Origin: a virus | Lineage: Duplodnaviria > Caudoviricetes | DNA length: 51,918 bases | Virus record (IMG/VR): IMGVR_UViG_3300032318_001383 | Location: 1-51,918 of that record | Strand: one strand, 5' to 3' | Shown here: in pieces, positions 24,667 through 33,752 of the stretch | Layout: each line of letters starts with the position of its first letter | Position numbering within the stretch: the stretch's first letter is position 1 | Program-made: the position numbers and the translations under genes | The notes under the pieces: generated by a model | Told to the model about the DNA's origin: nothing | Databases searched by the model: none | Seen by the model: the letters and a program-made list of their open reading frames with translations, nothing else

Positions 24667-26532
24667 TTATGCAGCTTCTCCCCAAGAAGGTCCAGCCTCT
24701 ACGTCTACTCGTGAGGGCACTTCCAGGTTGACGGCCTTGGCCATGATGTCGGCGGCCTCCTTGGCCTGGTCCTGGTTGTCCACGGACAGGGCAATCTCGT
24801 CGTGCACCTGCAGCAGAATCCGAAACCCAGCCTTATGCAGCGCAATCATGGCGGCCTTGGTCTGGTCAGCGGCCGATCCTTGAATTAGGCGGTTTAGGCC
24901 CTTGTAGGTCATGGCGCGCTTGATCCTTGGGCCGTATTTCGCGGCCGCTTCTTCATAAGGCAGCGCCTTATGTACCCCCCAATCGGAGGGTTCCCAAAGA
25001 GGAAACCTACACTTGCGTCCCAAAAGTGTACTGATTGCACCCCCAGAAGCTCTGTTTTCAATTCGCCTCATCACCGCGTCTATTGTGCCGCGCAGGAATG
25101 GAACCTTGCTGTGGAAGGTGCCGATGAGCTCGGAGGCCTCCTCAAGCGGGATGTCCAACTGGTTGGCGAGCTTTTGCTTGCCCATGCCGTACATAAGGCC
25201 CAGGCCGATGGTCTTAGCCTGCTTGCGCTCGATGCCGGCCATGTCGGCCACCATCTGGTGGAAGTCAGTATCGGGGTTTTCCCTATAGGCTTGGGCCACG
25301 GTCTCTGATCCGGGAAGCCCCAAAAGGGTAGCGTAATGGACCAAAAGCCTGGGCTCTTGGGAGGAGAAGTCGTTGGCCGCCCAAAGTTGCCCCTCTTCCG
25401 GCAAAAACAGGCTGCGCACCAGGGGTCCGATAATCTCGTGGCGAGCTGGGACCTGCTGCAGATTCGGGTTAGCCATGGATAGGCGCCCCGTGACGGTTCC
25501 GCCCTCATCGGACCGGATCTGGTTCACATGCGGGTGGATACGGCTATCCTTGGCCGAGAAGTTTAGGTATGGCGAAAGGAACGTTCCGTGGGTCTTGTTC
25601 AGCTCACGGGCTTCCACAATAAGCCTGGCAATCGGATGAGGATGACTGTCTAAAAAAGACTTAGTAAAACTAGGCAAGCCTGTGGCACTTTTGGGGTATT
25701 GAATTCCAAGCTTGTCAAAGGCTGTCGAGATACTGGCGGCTGCCCAAATGTCCACCTTGACGCCGGCGGTCTTCTTTATTTCGGACAAACACTTCTCTTC
25801 CTTGCGGCGCATTGCCTCAATCTGCTGTTCGCATTTATCACGATCAAATCTTATCCCTTTACGGGTGAGTTCAATGATGATAGGCAGTAAATCGGTCTCC
25901 AGCGAGAAGATCGAATCGACCTCTTCCTTTCGCAAAAGGATTTTAAAGTGGTTCCAAAGCTTGAGTGTGAGCGCAGCATCCTGCTCTGCATATGCTCCAA
26001 CGTACATAGCAGGGAGTTTCCATAGCTCTTTCTTAGCGTGGACGCCAAAGTCATTCGCCGCGTCTTTAAGCGCTTGCTCTGATTTAGTCTCTTTAAGGTA
26101 TTCGAAGCCAAGCGAATTGAGGCTAAATGAGAACCGGTTTTCGTCAAGTAATGGGGCTGCGACCATAGTGTCAATGATTCGACCTTTGATGGTGAATCCA
26201 CTGGCCATAAGCCACCCGGCGTCATAGGCGGCGTTGTGCATGATTTTGTCGGCTGGGGTTTCAAGAACTTTTCTAATCCAACGTTCAACCAAGCCGCGAT
26301 CAAGGTTGCCGCCCCCGCCGTGAGCAACAGGGAAATAGCCGGCCCAACCATCCACGGCGACAGCGTAGCCCACGATATAGCCATCATTACGAGGCCAGCC
26401 AGGACCCATGCTTTCCATGTTCGGGTCACACGTTTCGAGGTCAATTGCAATCTCCTTTGCTTCAGATAAATCCGGAAAACTGTCTGGTGGTATCCACTCA
26501 GACGTAGTTGGAAACAACGTCATAGTCTTCAC
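24667..26532 (-). CDS. polA: Family A DNA polymerase (3'-5' exonuclease plus polymerase domains)
   Basis: ExoI DLET, ExoII HNAAYD, ExoIII YAEQDA; TGRLS..NPNLQQVP; motif A DFSSQEPR; motif B RKQAKTIGLGLMYG; motif C QVHDE. Confidence 0.95.
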   Translation of the reverse strand: MKTMTLFPTTSEWIPPDSFPDLSEAKEIAIDLETCDPNMESMGPGWPRNDGYIVGYAVAVDGWAGYFPVAHGGGGNLDRGLVERWIRKVLETPADKIMHNAAYDAGWLMASGFTIKGRIIDTMVAAPLLDENRFSFSLNSLGFEYLKETKSEQALKDAANDFGVHAKKELWKLPAMYVGAYAEQDAALTLKLWNHFKILLRKEEVDSIFSLETDLLPIIIELTRKGIRFDRDKCEQQIEAMRRKEEKCLSEIKKTAGVKVDIWAAASISTAFDKLGIQYPKSATGLPSFTKSFLDSHPHPIARLIVEARELNKTHGTFLSPYLNFSAKDSRIHPHVNQIRSDEGGTVTGRLSMANPNLQQVPARHEIIGPLVRSLFLPEEGQLWAANDFSSQEPRLLVHYATLLGLPGSETVAQAYRENPDTDFHQMVADMAGIERKQAKTIGLGLMYGMGKQKLANQLDIPLEEASELIGTFHSKVPFLRGTIDAVMRRIENRASGGAISTLLGRKCRFPLWEPSDWGVHKALPYEEAAAKYGPRIKRAMTYKGLNRLIQGSAADQTKAAMIALHKAGFRILLQVHDEIALSVDNQDQAKEAADIMAKAVNLEVPSRVDVEAGPSWGEAA

Positions 26533-28028
26533 AAGCGAAATCCTTTCTGTTTGTCCTTTGGCAGGACAATATGCAAAGACTGTCTAGCACGTGTGATCCC
26601 TACGTAGAATAGTCTGTGTATATCGTCTGCATTTTCCTCATAATCTTTTGCAAACTTTGGTGATAGGTCCGTGAGCAGCAAGACGTTGTCCGCCTCCCCA
26701 CCCTTGGCCCCATGGATTGTGGACAGCTTTATGGGGATCTTGCCCGTGATCCGTGTTCCTCGGCGCAAGAGCGCAATAATGTAGTCACGCTTCTCCTCCC
26801 CGATCTTGGTGAGCGCTTCATGCCAAATCACATTTGTCAATAGCCCGTGGTCCTTTTCTAGGGTCGCCAGGCTGTAGAGCCGCTCTGGGTCTGCATCTTT
26901 GAGCGTTTTGTGTCCCTTTTTAACGAATTCTGTGCCAAGATACTTATATACAGTCCGGGCGATCTGGAAGGGGATTTCTTTACCCTTTCGCAGGCTCTCC
27001 CACCCCAGAACGGCAGTGAGAATGGTCTCCGAGATGCTCCGTTGTCCTTGGCGCTCGAACAGTAAGCCCTGGGATTTGATCCAGTCGTGCATGTCGTTGA
27101 GCATGTAGTTGGTAGACGCCATGACAAGCCATTCCCCCTGGCTAATGTCCACGCTCTCAAAGGCGTTGTAGTACTGAACCTGGCCATCGTAATCCCTGGG
27201 GTTCCAGACTTTCGGCTGACGCTTTCGGATTCGCTTGACAATTTCTCCAGCAAGCGCGTGAACTTTTGCAGGCACGCGGTAAGACTGGTCGAGGACGGTG
27301 ATCTCGCCTTCGAAGTCCAAGAAAGACTTCACGTCGGCGCCTGCCCAGGTATAAACCGCCTGGTCATCGTCCCCGGCTAAAAAAGCCCGTTTGGACCTTT
27401 TGCAAAGCTCGCTCACTAAATCCCACTGCAGCCGGGATAGGTCCTGTGACTCATCAATAATAAGCACCTCCAGGGTTGGAAGTCGCTCTGGTTCCTGCAA
27501 CACCAGCTCCAGCATGTCTGTGAAGTCAATCAAGTTGTGGGCGTTTTTGTAGTGCCTGTACGCCCTCTCAACATACTCGAAGTGGAACCACTCGATGTCC
27601 ATTTTGGATCGGTTGTAGTGCGTGCGGAGATCTTCACCACGTATACGCGCGATATTGATTTCATTAAGTATGGGGTTATCCGCCCGGACAATAAAATCTT
27701 CCTCACCCGAATCGACCGCAATCTCAAGGCCGGCTTGCTTCGCAAAGTCACGATAATGCTCCGGTTTCATAATGTCTTTTGATGTAACGCCCAGGCACCG
27801 ATAGGCCAGGCTGTGCAAAGTGCGAAACCATGGGAAGTCCGTCTCGGAATTGAGATGTGGAAACTTCGCCAAAGCCCGCTCTTTGGCCTCGTTGGCAGCC
27901 TTACGGGTAAACGCAAAGTAGCCAATCTTCTGTGCAGGGACGTCGCTATTGAGCTCCAGCTCTACGACATTTAACAAGAACGTCGTCTTGCCTGAGCCTG
28001 GGGGCCCAAACACTTTACGGACGTTCAT
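26529..28028 (-). CDS. SF1 UvrD/Rep-like helicase
   Basis: Likely start MNVRK at 28028. GPPGSGKTT, AFTRKAA, TLHS, IIDESQD, GDDDQAVY, QSYR, STIHGAKGGE, YVGITRA. Confidence 0.9.
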   Translation of the reverse strand: MNVRKVFGPPGSGKTTFLLNVVELELNSDVPAQKIGYFAFTRKAANEAKERALAKFPHLNSETDFPWFRTLHSLAYRCLGVTSKDIMKPEHYRDFAKQAGLEIAVDSGEEDFIVRADNPILNEINIARIRGEDLRTHYNRSKMDIEWFHFEYVERAYRHYKNAHNLIDFTDMLELVLQEPERLPTLEVLIIDESQDLSRLQWDLVSELCKRSKRAFLAGDDDQAVYTWAGADVKSFLDFEGEITVLDQSYRVPAKVHALAGEIVKRIRKRQPKVWNPRDYDGQVQYYNAFESVDISQGEWLVMASTNYMLNDMHDWIKSQGLLFERQGQRSISETILTAVLGWESLRKGKEIPFQIARTVYKYLGTEFVKKGHKTLKDADPERLYSLATLEKDHGLLTNVIWHEALTKIGEEKRDYIIALLRRGTRITGKIPIKLSTIHGAKGGEADNVLLLTDLSPKFAKDYEENADDIHRLFYVGITRARQSLHIVLPKDKQKGFRL

Positions 28029-28272
28029 TAATCTCCTCCATCGTAGTGGGCCACATGACAATTGGGGTTGAGTCCCCAACGTATGCCCCGATGATGTTGA
28101 AGTCGATGTAGTCCTGTGCCTCTTCTTCGGACATGCCTTGCTCTGATAGTGTCTCGGTAATGATTTGTCCGTCGTATACAAGACGCTCAACCAGCATGTG
28201 TCCGTTCCAGGTCATGCACACCCCAATCAGGGCCTTGTCCATGCCATCAATTTTTAATAGATCTTCGTTCAA
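28015..28272 (-). CDS. Conserved phage hypothetical protein
   Basis: DGMDKALIG...VYD....L...GMSEEEA.DYIDFN..GAYVG..TP. Confidence 0.65.
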   Translation of the reverse strand: MNEDLLKIDGMDKALIGVCMTWNGHMLVERLVYDGQIITETLSEQGMSEEEAQDYIDFNIIGAYVGDSTPIVMWPTTMEEINERP

Positions 28273-29798
28273 AATGGGCTTCCTTTCTTCATTTCTGGCG
28301 TTTCAAATGGTGCGTCCTGGCGGTTGAAACGCGGTATCCGCCAGCAACGTGTGGAGCGACCTTTCAAGAACAATGACGCAGGTTCTCCGCCAAGATCGCG
28401 CAGACGTTGTGCCATCTTCGGCGCAGTCATCCCCACGAAGTTGTTTCTCTTCAGGTGTGATTCGAGGTCCTTGATCCGGAAATAGGTTTTCGCCTCTTCC
28501 TCATTCGTCCAAGGACGACCAAGCAAGATCTCGTCTCGGTCCATGGCCTGCTGCAAGTGAGTAGTGAACTCTTCCACAAGATCAAGAAACCTACCAGTGA
28601 CAGTGGTGTCCTCTGGGGCTTCTTGAATCTGCTCCAGCTCTACCATTTCCTTTAGCAATGCATTGAGCAGCTGCTCCCAATCTTGCTTACGCAGGGATGG
28701 GGGAACGACGTTGATTTTTTCCAGGCAGGACTTTTGAAAGGCCATCTGGTTAAACAGGTGCTCTGTCTCAAGCTCGATGCGTTTGCCATTAACGTCTAAA
28801 AACCAAAGCGGAGGCTCTGAGTTGTATTTGGATAAGGCGCTCATCTGTGGCGCGTCTGGACCATCCCCACCTACACCATACTTGCGTGTGCGGCACAGAC
28901 CAGAATTGCAGAAGCTGTTGATGGGCGCGTCCTTGCACTTGTACTTGTAATCTTTTTTGTTGAGCTGTTTGGTAATGATTGACAGCTCGCTCATGCCAAG
29001 GGGTGGGGCAAAGTACTTTTGGTTGTACTCCATGATCTTGTTTTCCCAACCGGCGGCATCAAGTTTTTTAAGATAGATGCCGATGTTGAAAAGGCCGTTG
29101 TTCCGTGTTCCCTCAGGAAAGCCCTGTGCGCAAAGCGCCTGCAGGCAAGGTGGCCCATCCTTTACCGGATGGTCTGGCTGCTTTGGTTCTTCAGGGAACG
29201 TTAATGGTAATGCCTGGACGTGAGTGTCATAGAGGGCATAGAACTCTTCCATGCTCGCAGCCGAACCATCGTCTTTGATGGCATAGCGCGTTCCGTTATC
29301 CCCCGCAAAGTAAGGCAGGTTTAAGAAGTTACCTGTGTCACCGCGATCCACCAAGATCTCTGACTGCTTTGGAAATATCTCCCGGCCTGACTCGCCCAAC
29401 AGTCCTGCACAGGCGTTCAAGTAGCGCTGCATGTCAGCAGCAGGGATTGGTTCTTTTACAAACATAAAGGCGTGTGCGCCACCTGACTTGCTTCGGCATA
29501 CCACCAACGGCAAATTTAATTTACGAATCTTTGACACCAGTCCCTCATGATCTAAAGGATACTGGTCAATATCAATACATCCCCAAATGCAGGAGTTGTC
29601 TGCTCGGATAGGAATGATGCCCAGGCTCGGCTCAACACCTTCTAAGTGCTTGTGCCATAGGTCATCTGTTGGGGGTTTTCGGACAACAAGTGCCTTACCG
29701 GCCTGCTTGCCTGAATCCTTTTCCCGCTCAATCTTGTAAGTTCCATAGGCAATATCCAATCCGGAAAATATCGCCTTAAACCGTGTGATGTCGGTCAT
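28269..29798 (-). CDS. Archaeo-eukaryotic primase (AEP)-superfamily primase with PriCT-like region
   Basis: GCIDID (motif I), SKSGGAH (motif II), GPPC...EGTRNNGLF; in the replication cluster. Confidence 0.75.
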   Translation of the reverse strand: MTDITRFKAIFSGLDIAYGTYKIEREKDSGKQAGKALVVRKPPTDDLWHKHLEGVEPSLGIIPIRADNSCIWGCIDIDQYPLDHEGLVSKIRKLNLPLVVCRSKSGGAHAFMFVKEPIPAADMQRYLNACAGLLGESGREIFPKQSEILVDRGDTGNFLNLPYFAGDNGTRYAIKDDGSAASMEEFYALYDTHVQALPLTFPEEPKQPDHPVKDGPPCLQALCAQGFPEGTRNNGLFNIGIYLKKLDAAGWENKIMEYNQKYFAPPLGMSELSIITKQLNKKDYKYKCKDAPINSFCNSGLCRTRKYGVGGDGPDAPQMSALSKYNSEPPLWFLDVNGKRIELETEHLFNQMAFQKSCLEKINVVPPSLRKQDWEQLLNALLKEMVELEQIQEAPEDTTVTGRFLDLVEEFTTHLQQAMDRDEILLGRPWTNEEEAKTYFRIKDLESHLKRNNFVGMTAPKMAQRLRDLGGEPASLFLKGRSTRCWRIPRFNRQDAPFETPEMKKGSPF

Positions 29799-29843
29799 TC
29801 TGCTTTCTCAGTTGAGGCGCCGGGGTTTCCCCCGGCGTTTGTT

Positions 29844-30620
29844 TTAGAACGGAATATTTTCTTTCACGTCGGCTTCGTCTTGGTGCTTGACCTTAACTTC
29901 ACCAGCGCTAACAGACGTAGCAAATGCCTTGGCTGCCTGATAAACGTTCGCGTCTTCAACTGAACCAACACGTTCTACTTCCCACCCGAACCATTTGCCC
30001 TTGTCATTTGACTCGCTCACTGAGGAGAGACGATACAACTGACTGTACATTGGTGGGGTGTACAAACCGTTCTTGCCTTGCAACTTCACGGACATCATCA
30101 TGCTGTTCCACTTGCGGCTCTTTTTGAGCTGCGTGGACTTCATCACGATCATTGCCGGATTTGGCACACCAGCCTCGTCAATCACCATCACATAATGATT
30201 GGCCGTGTTCTCGATGTAATTGCCGCTATCCAGATAGTCCTTGTTATCTCCTAACTCCCGATGGGTTTTGGAGAGAATGTCGCTAGTCGCGGGATGAATT
30301 GCAATCGGCGCACCACTACCCGAGCCACGGGGTGCCCACTCAATGTACTGCCGAGTGTAGGCGGTCGGTACAACTAAAATACCCTTCTTACCGTCGAAGA
30401 GTTGACCGGTGACGCTGTTGTAAATCATTCCAGGCATCGCTCCATCCACTTCACCCACTTCTGGAGAGGTGTTTGTTAGCAAACGTAGAAACGGAAGAGC
30501 AAAGTCTTCCTGGCCCATGTTTGCAAAACCCGCCGAAGCATCTTCCTCAAAGTTGGTTGACAGCACCAATGCGTTAGATGTTTCGGCTTTCGCTGCTACT
30601 GCTTGTTGCGCTTTAGTCAT
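29844..30620 (-). CDS. Putative single-stranded DNA-binding protein
   Basis: Likely start MTKAQQ at 30620. Acidic C-terminus ending ..ENIPF, as in SSBs; between the primase and helicase genes; followed by a GC hairpin. Confidence 0.6.
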   Translation of the reverse strand: MTKAQQAVAAKAETSNALVLSTNFEEDASAGFANMGQEDFALPFLRLLTNTSPEVGEVDGAMPGMIYNSVTGQLFDGKKGILVVPTAYTRQYIEWAPRGSGSGAPIAIHPATSDILSKTHRELGDNKDYLDSGNYIENTANHYVMVIDEAGVPNPAMIVMKSTQLKKSRKWNSMMMSVKLQGKNGLYTPPMYSQLYRLSSVSESNDKGKWFGWEVERVGSVEDANVYQAAKAFATSVSAGEVKVKHQDEADVKENIPF

Positions 30621-30639
30621 GATTAATTTTCCTTTTTCG

Positions 30640-31194
30640 TTAAGCTGACTTGATGGTTGCTTTTTTGCCAATGTATGCGCCAAAAAGCTCCTGCGGAAAC
30701 GCGTTGCCACGTTCCGTTTGTTCCTTCACCCACGCTTTAAGTGTTGAAGGTTCGACCTTCTCGGTTTGATTGGCCGGAAAGCCCTGTCCACCGAGGAGAT
30801 TAAGTAGACGAACACAGAGCTCGTCTTCGCCGCGACCAAACTGGACGCTGACGGTATTTTTAATAATGTCATCAAAGCCATGATCACGCAGCCATTGAAA
30901 CGCTTCTGCGCGACGTGCTTCGGAAATCGAAGCGCTGTAGAACGCCTTGACTTCTATCTTTGACCCATCTTCCATGACAAAACCCTTCATGTTCAATGAG
31001 GTCAATGCTTCTGGAATTGTTTCTTCCGTTAGCTTACGGTACTTTTCTTTGCGGTCCTTTAACTCAAGTTCGATGTCAAGAACCTCTTTCTCAAGTTCCT
31101 TGGCCCGTTTGCCGAGGGACGAGAGACCAGATAGGTCATCGTCTTTCACTTGAAAGACTTTTGCATCTTCCTCAAATATATTCGTAAGACTCAT
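30640..31194 (-). CDS. Conserved replication-module protein
   Basis: Likely start MSLTNIF at 31194. Coiled coil, then AFQWLRDHG..DIIKN and VEPSTLKAWVKE. Confidence 0.65.
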   Translation of the reverse strand: MSLTNIFEEDAKVFQVKDDDLSGLSSLGKRAKELEKEVLDIELELKDRKEKYRKLTEETIPEALTSLNMKGFVMEDGSKIEVKAFYSASISEARRAEAFQWLRDHGFDDIIKNTVSVQFGRGEDELCVRLLNLLGGQGFPANQTEKVEPSTLKAWVKEQTERGNAFPQELFGAYIGKKATIKSA

Positions 31195-31519
31195 ACTTTT
31201 CTCCTTTCTTGGGGTGCAAATCAACCTGGATTGGGATGTAACGACGCTCAAACTTATCCCACTTCAGGCACTTAAATCTACCATTGTTTTTGCTTGCAGC
31301 AATTGCACTTATGATTCCTATTGCTGTAGGGTCTCCGATGAACAACAAATAATCATCATCGCAGAACTTTTCTAAAACACGTTGAACACGCATGACTGTT
31401 GGAGCAACTGAAAACGCAACCTGTGCCCGTGGGGGCAAGATAATTTCAATTTCACCAAAGTCCATTGCCGAAGTAATGTTGTGTTGACCTGTTTCAGTAA
31501 CGACGAAAACCTTAGGCAA
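31172..31519 (-). CDS. Hypothetical protein
   Basis: 115 aa, TTG start after an AGGAG SD; DDYLLFIGDP...LKWDK..RRY. Confidence 0.6.
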   Translation of the reverse strand: MPKVFVVTETGQHNITSAMDFGEIEIILPPRAQVAFSVAPTVMRVQRVLEKFCDDDYLLFIGDPTAIGIISAIAASKNNGRFKCLKWDKFERRYIPIQVDLHPKKGEKYESYEYI

Positions 31520-31602
31520 TTTACTTTCTCCTTTCTAATTTCGAAAAACCAGTGTACACTCTTTTTTACGGGTTTGCAAGTCCCGCTAGAAAGCGAGAAA
31601 CG

Positions 31603-33054
31603 ATGGAACAATTTTTACAAAAGTACCCATATAAAAACAAGCCGTATTTGCACCAAGAAGCCTACCTCTCAAGGTTCTGGAAAAGCCCTGTGGCCGCGCT
31701 TTTTGCAGACATGGGAACCGGAAAAAGCTTCATGGTGATTAATAACATTTCTATGTTATATGACCAAGGAAATGTTAACGCTGCCCTGATTGTCGCACCA
31801 AAAGGTGTCTATCGAAATTGGATGGACAGTGAAATCCCTAAGCATTTACCCGACCACATTGAATATCGCGTTGCAATATGGAACCCGACGCCGCGTAAAT
31901 CCGAGAAAGAAGCTCTTGATCGGCTCTTTGAAGTATCAGAAGACTTAAAAATCTTGATCATGAACATCGAGGCGCTTTCTACGGATAAAGGGGTACGCTT
32001 TGCGGGTAGGTACTTACTTTGCCACGACGCCTTTATGGCAGTTGACGAGAGCACCACTATCAAGACGCACACCGCTGCCCGGTCAAAAAACGCAGTTAAG
32101 GTAGGGAAACAGGCCAAATACAGGCGAATTATGACCGGTTCCCCTGTGACAAAGTCGCCTATGGACCTATACCAACAGTGCGAATTTTTGTCCCCAAATT
32201 GCCTCGGTATCGCCAGTTATTACGCTTTCCAAGCCCGTTACGCCGTGACGGTGGAGCGAAGCATGCCCAGTCACACTTTCAAGCAAGTTGTGGGTTACAG
32301 ACGCCTAGATGAACTAAAGGAAAAGATCGACCGCTTTGCTTTTCGGGTGACAAAGGAGGAGTGCCTGGACTTGCCGGAGAAGCTTTACACCAGGCGTGAA
32401 GTAGAGCTGACGGAGGAGCAGGAGAAGGCTTACAACCAAATGAAGGCCATGGCCCTAGCACAGCTTGACCAGGGTATGGTATCAACAGTCAACGCGCTGA
32501 CGCAGCTTATGCGGCTACACCAGATTGTTTGTGGTCACGTCAAGCTGGACAACGGCCAGGTAGTAGACCTGCCCAATAAACGTGTGGATGAGCTCTTGTC
32601 TGTCGTAGAAGAATCCGACGGTAAGATGATTATCTGGGCTAACTACCGCCATGACATCGAAGCCATAAAGCTGGCCCTCTCAAAAACGTATGGCATGAAC
32701 TCAGTGGGCACTTACTACGGCGACACAGAGGAAGATGAAAGGAGGCGCGTGGTCCGTGAATTTCAAGACCCGGACTCTGAGCTGCGCTTTTTTGTAGGCA
32801 ATCCAAAGACCGGAGGATACGGGTTAACCCTAACGGCGGCCAGCATCGTGGTGTACTTTAGCAATAGCTTTGACCTTGAAGTACGGCTGCAGTCGGAGGA
32901 CCGCGCCCACCGCATTGGGCAGACCAAGTCCGTGACATATATCGACCTAATTACACCCAAATCCGTGGACGAAAAGATCGTGCAGGCACTTAGGGACAAG
33001 ATTGACATTGCTACCCAGGTGATGGGAGAGGAGCTAAAACAATGGTTGATTTAA
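31603..33054 (+). CDS. SNF2-family (SF2) helicase
   Basis: Likely start MEQFLQ at 31603. DMGTGKS, VDES, MTGSP, GYGLTLT, QSEDRAHRIGQ. Confidence 0.9.
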   Translation: MEQFLQKYPYKNKPYLHQEAYLSRFWKSPVAALFADMGTGKSFMVINNISMLYDQGNVNAALIVAPKGVYRNWMDSEIPKHLPDHIEYRVAIWNPTPRKSEKEALDRLFEVSEDLKILIMNIEALSTDKGVRFAGRYLLCHDAFMAVDESTTIKTHTAARSKNAVKVGKQAKYRRIMTGSPVTKSPMDLYQQCEFLSPNCLGIASYYAFQARYAVTVERSMPSHTFKQVVGYRRLDELKEKIDRFAFRVTKEECLDLPEKLYTRREVELTEEQEKAYNQMKAMALAQLDQGMVSTVNALTQLMRLHQIVCGHVKLDNGQVVDLPNKRVDELLSVVEESDGKMIIWANYRHDIEAIKLALSKTYGMNSVGTYYGDTEEDERRRVVREFQDPDSELRFFVGNPKTGGYGLTLTAASIVVYFSNSFDLEVRLQSEDRAHRIGQTKSVTYIDLITPKSVDEKIVQALRDKIDIATQVMGEELKQWLI

Positions 33055-33752
33055 TCCCGACTAAAAAACTATACAAATATGAGTCTTTACAGCGAATAGA
33101 CACTGAAAAAGGCCGTCGGTATGTCTATGGAGAGCAAAAACTGCCCAGTGTGACCACAATCCTGTCTGGCACGAAAGACAAATCTGGTCTTGATGCGTGG
33201 GCCGCGAGGGTTGGGCCAGAGAACGCGGAGCGGATTAAAAACGAGGCGGCTACTGTTGGGACGCACATGCATAACGTGATTGAACGGATGATCGCGTACC
33301 GGGATCTGCCCAGGCCTACGAACTGGCTGATGACCAAGGGCTACGAGATGGGTTACCGGTTAATTAACACGTATTTTCAGAACATGCAGGAGATCTGGGG
33401 GTCAGAGGTGAGCCTGTATTACCCTGGGAAGTACGCTGGGACTACCGATTTGGTCTGTGTGTATAGGGATAAACCCTGCATTATGGACTTTAAGCAAAGC
33501 GTAAAGCCTAAGAAAAGGGACTGGATTGACGATTATTTCCACCAGTTAGCGGCCTACGCACTGGCCCATGACGTGATCCACGGGACAAACATTGACTATG
33601 GAGTGGTTTTGATGGCCGTACAGGACGGCACGACCATGGAATTTTCCACGGCCGGCCAAGAGTTTGTGCGCTACAAAGAAGAGTGGATGAAGCGCGTCGA
33701 GAAGTTTTACGAGGGCAGCGACGACACGATGTCCATCGGGAAAAGCGATTGA
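33042..33752 (+). CDS. PD-(D/E)xK exonuclease (MGME1/Cas4-like fold)
   Basis: LPSVTTIL, GTHMH, E..L....YAGTTD, IMDFKQS, QLAAYA. Confidence 0.8.
   Translation: MVDLIPTKKLYKYESLQRIDTEKGRRYVYGEQKLPSVTTILSGTKDKSGLDAWAARVGPENAERIKNEAATVGTHMHNVIERMIAYRDLPRPTNWLMTKGYEMGYRLINTYFQNMQEIWGSEVSLYYPGKYAGTTDLVCVYRDKPCIMDFKQSVKPKKRDWIDDYFHQLAAYALAHDVIHGTNIDYGVVLMAVQDGTTMEFSTAGQEFVRYKEEWMKRVEKFYEGSDDTMSIGKSD

Noticed and set aside
33042-33752. Cas4 as part of the RAMP-like system
   Set aside because: It lacks the four-Cys Fe-S pattern, lies ~13 kb away and is coupled to the SNF2 helicase; it is a typical phage replication exonuclease.
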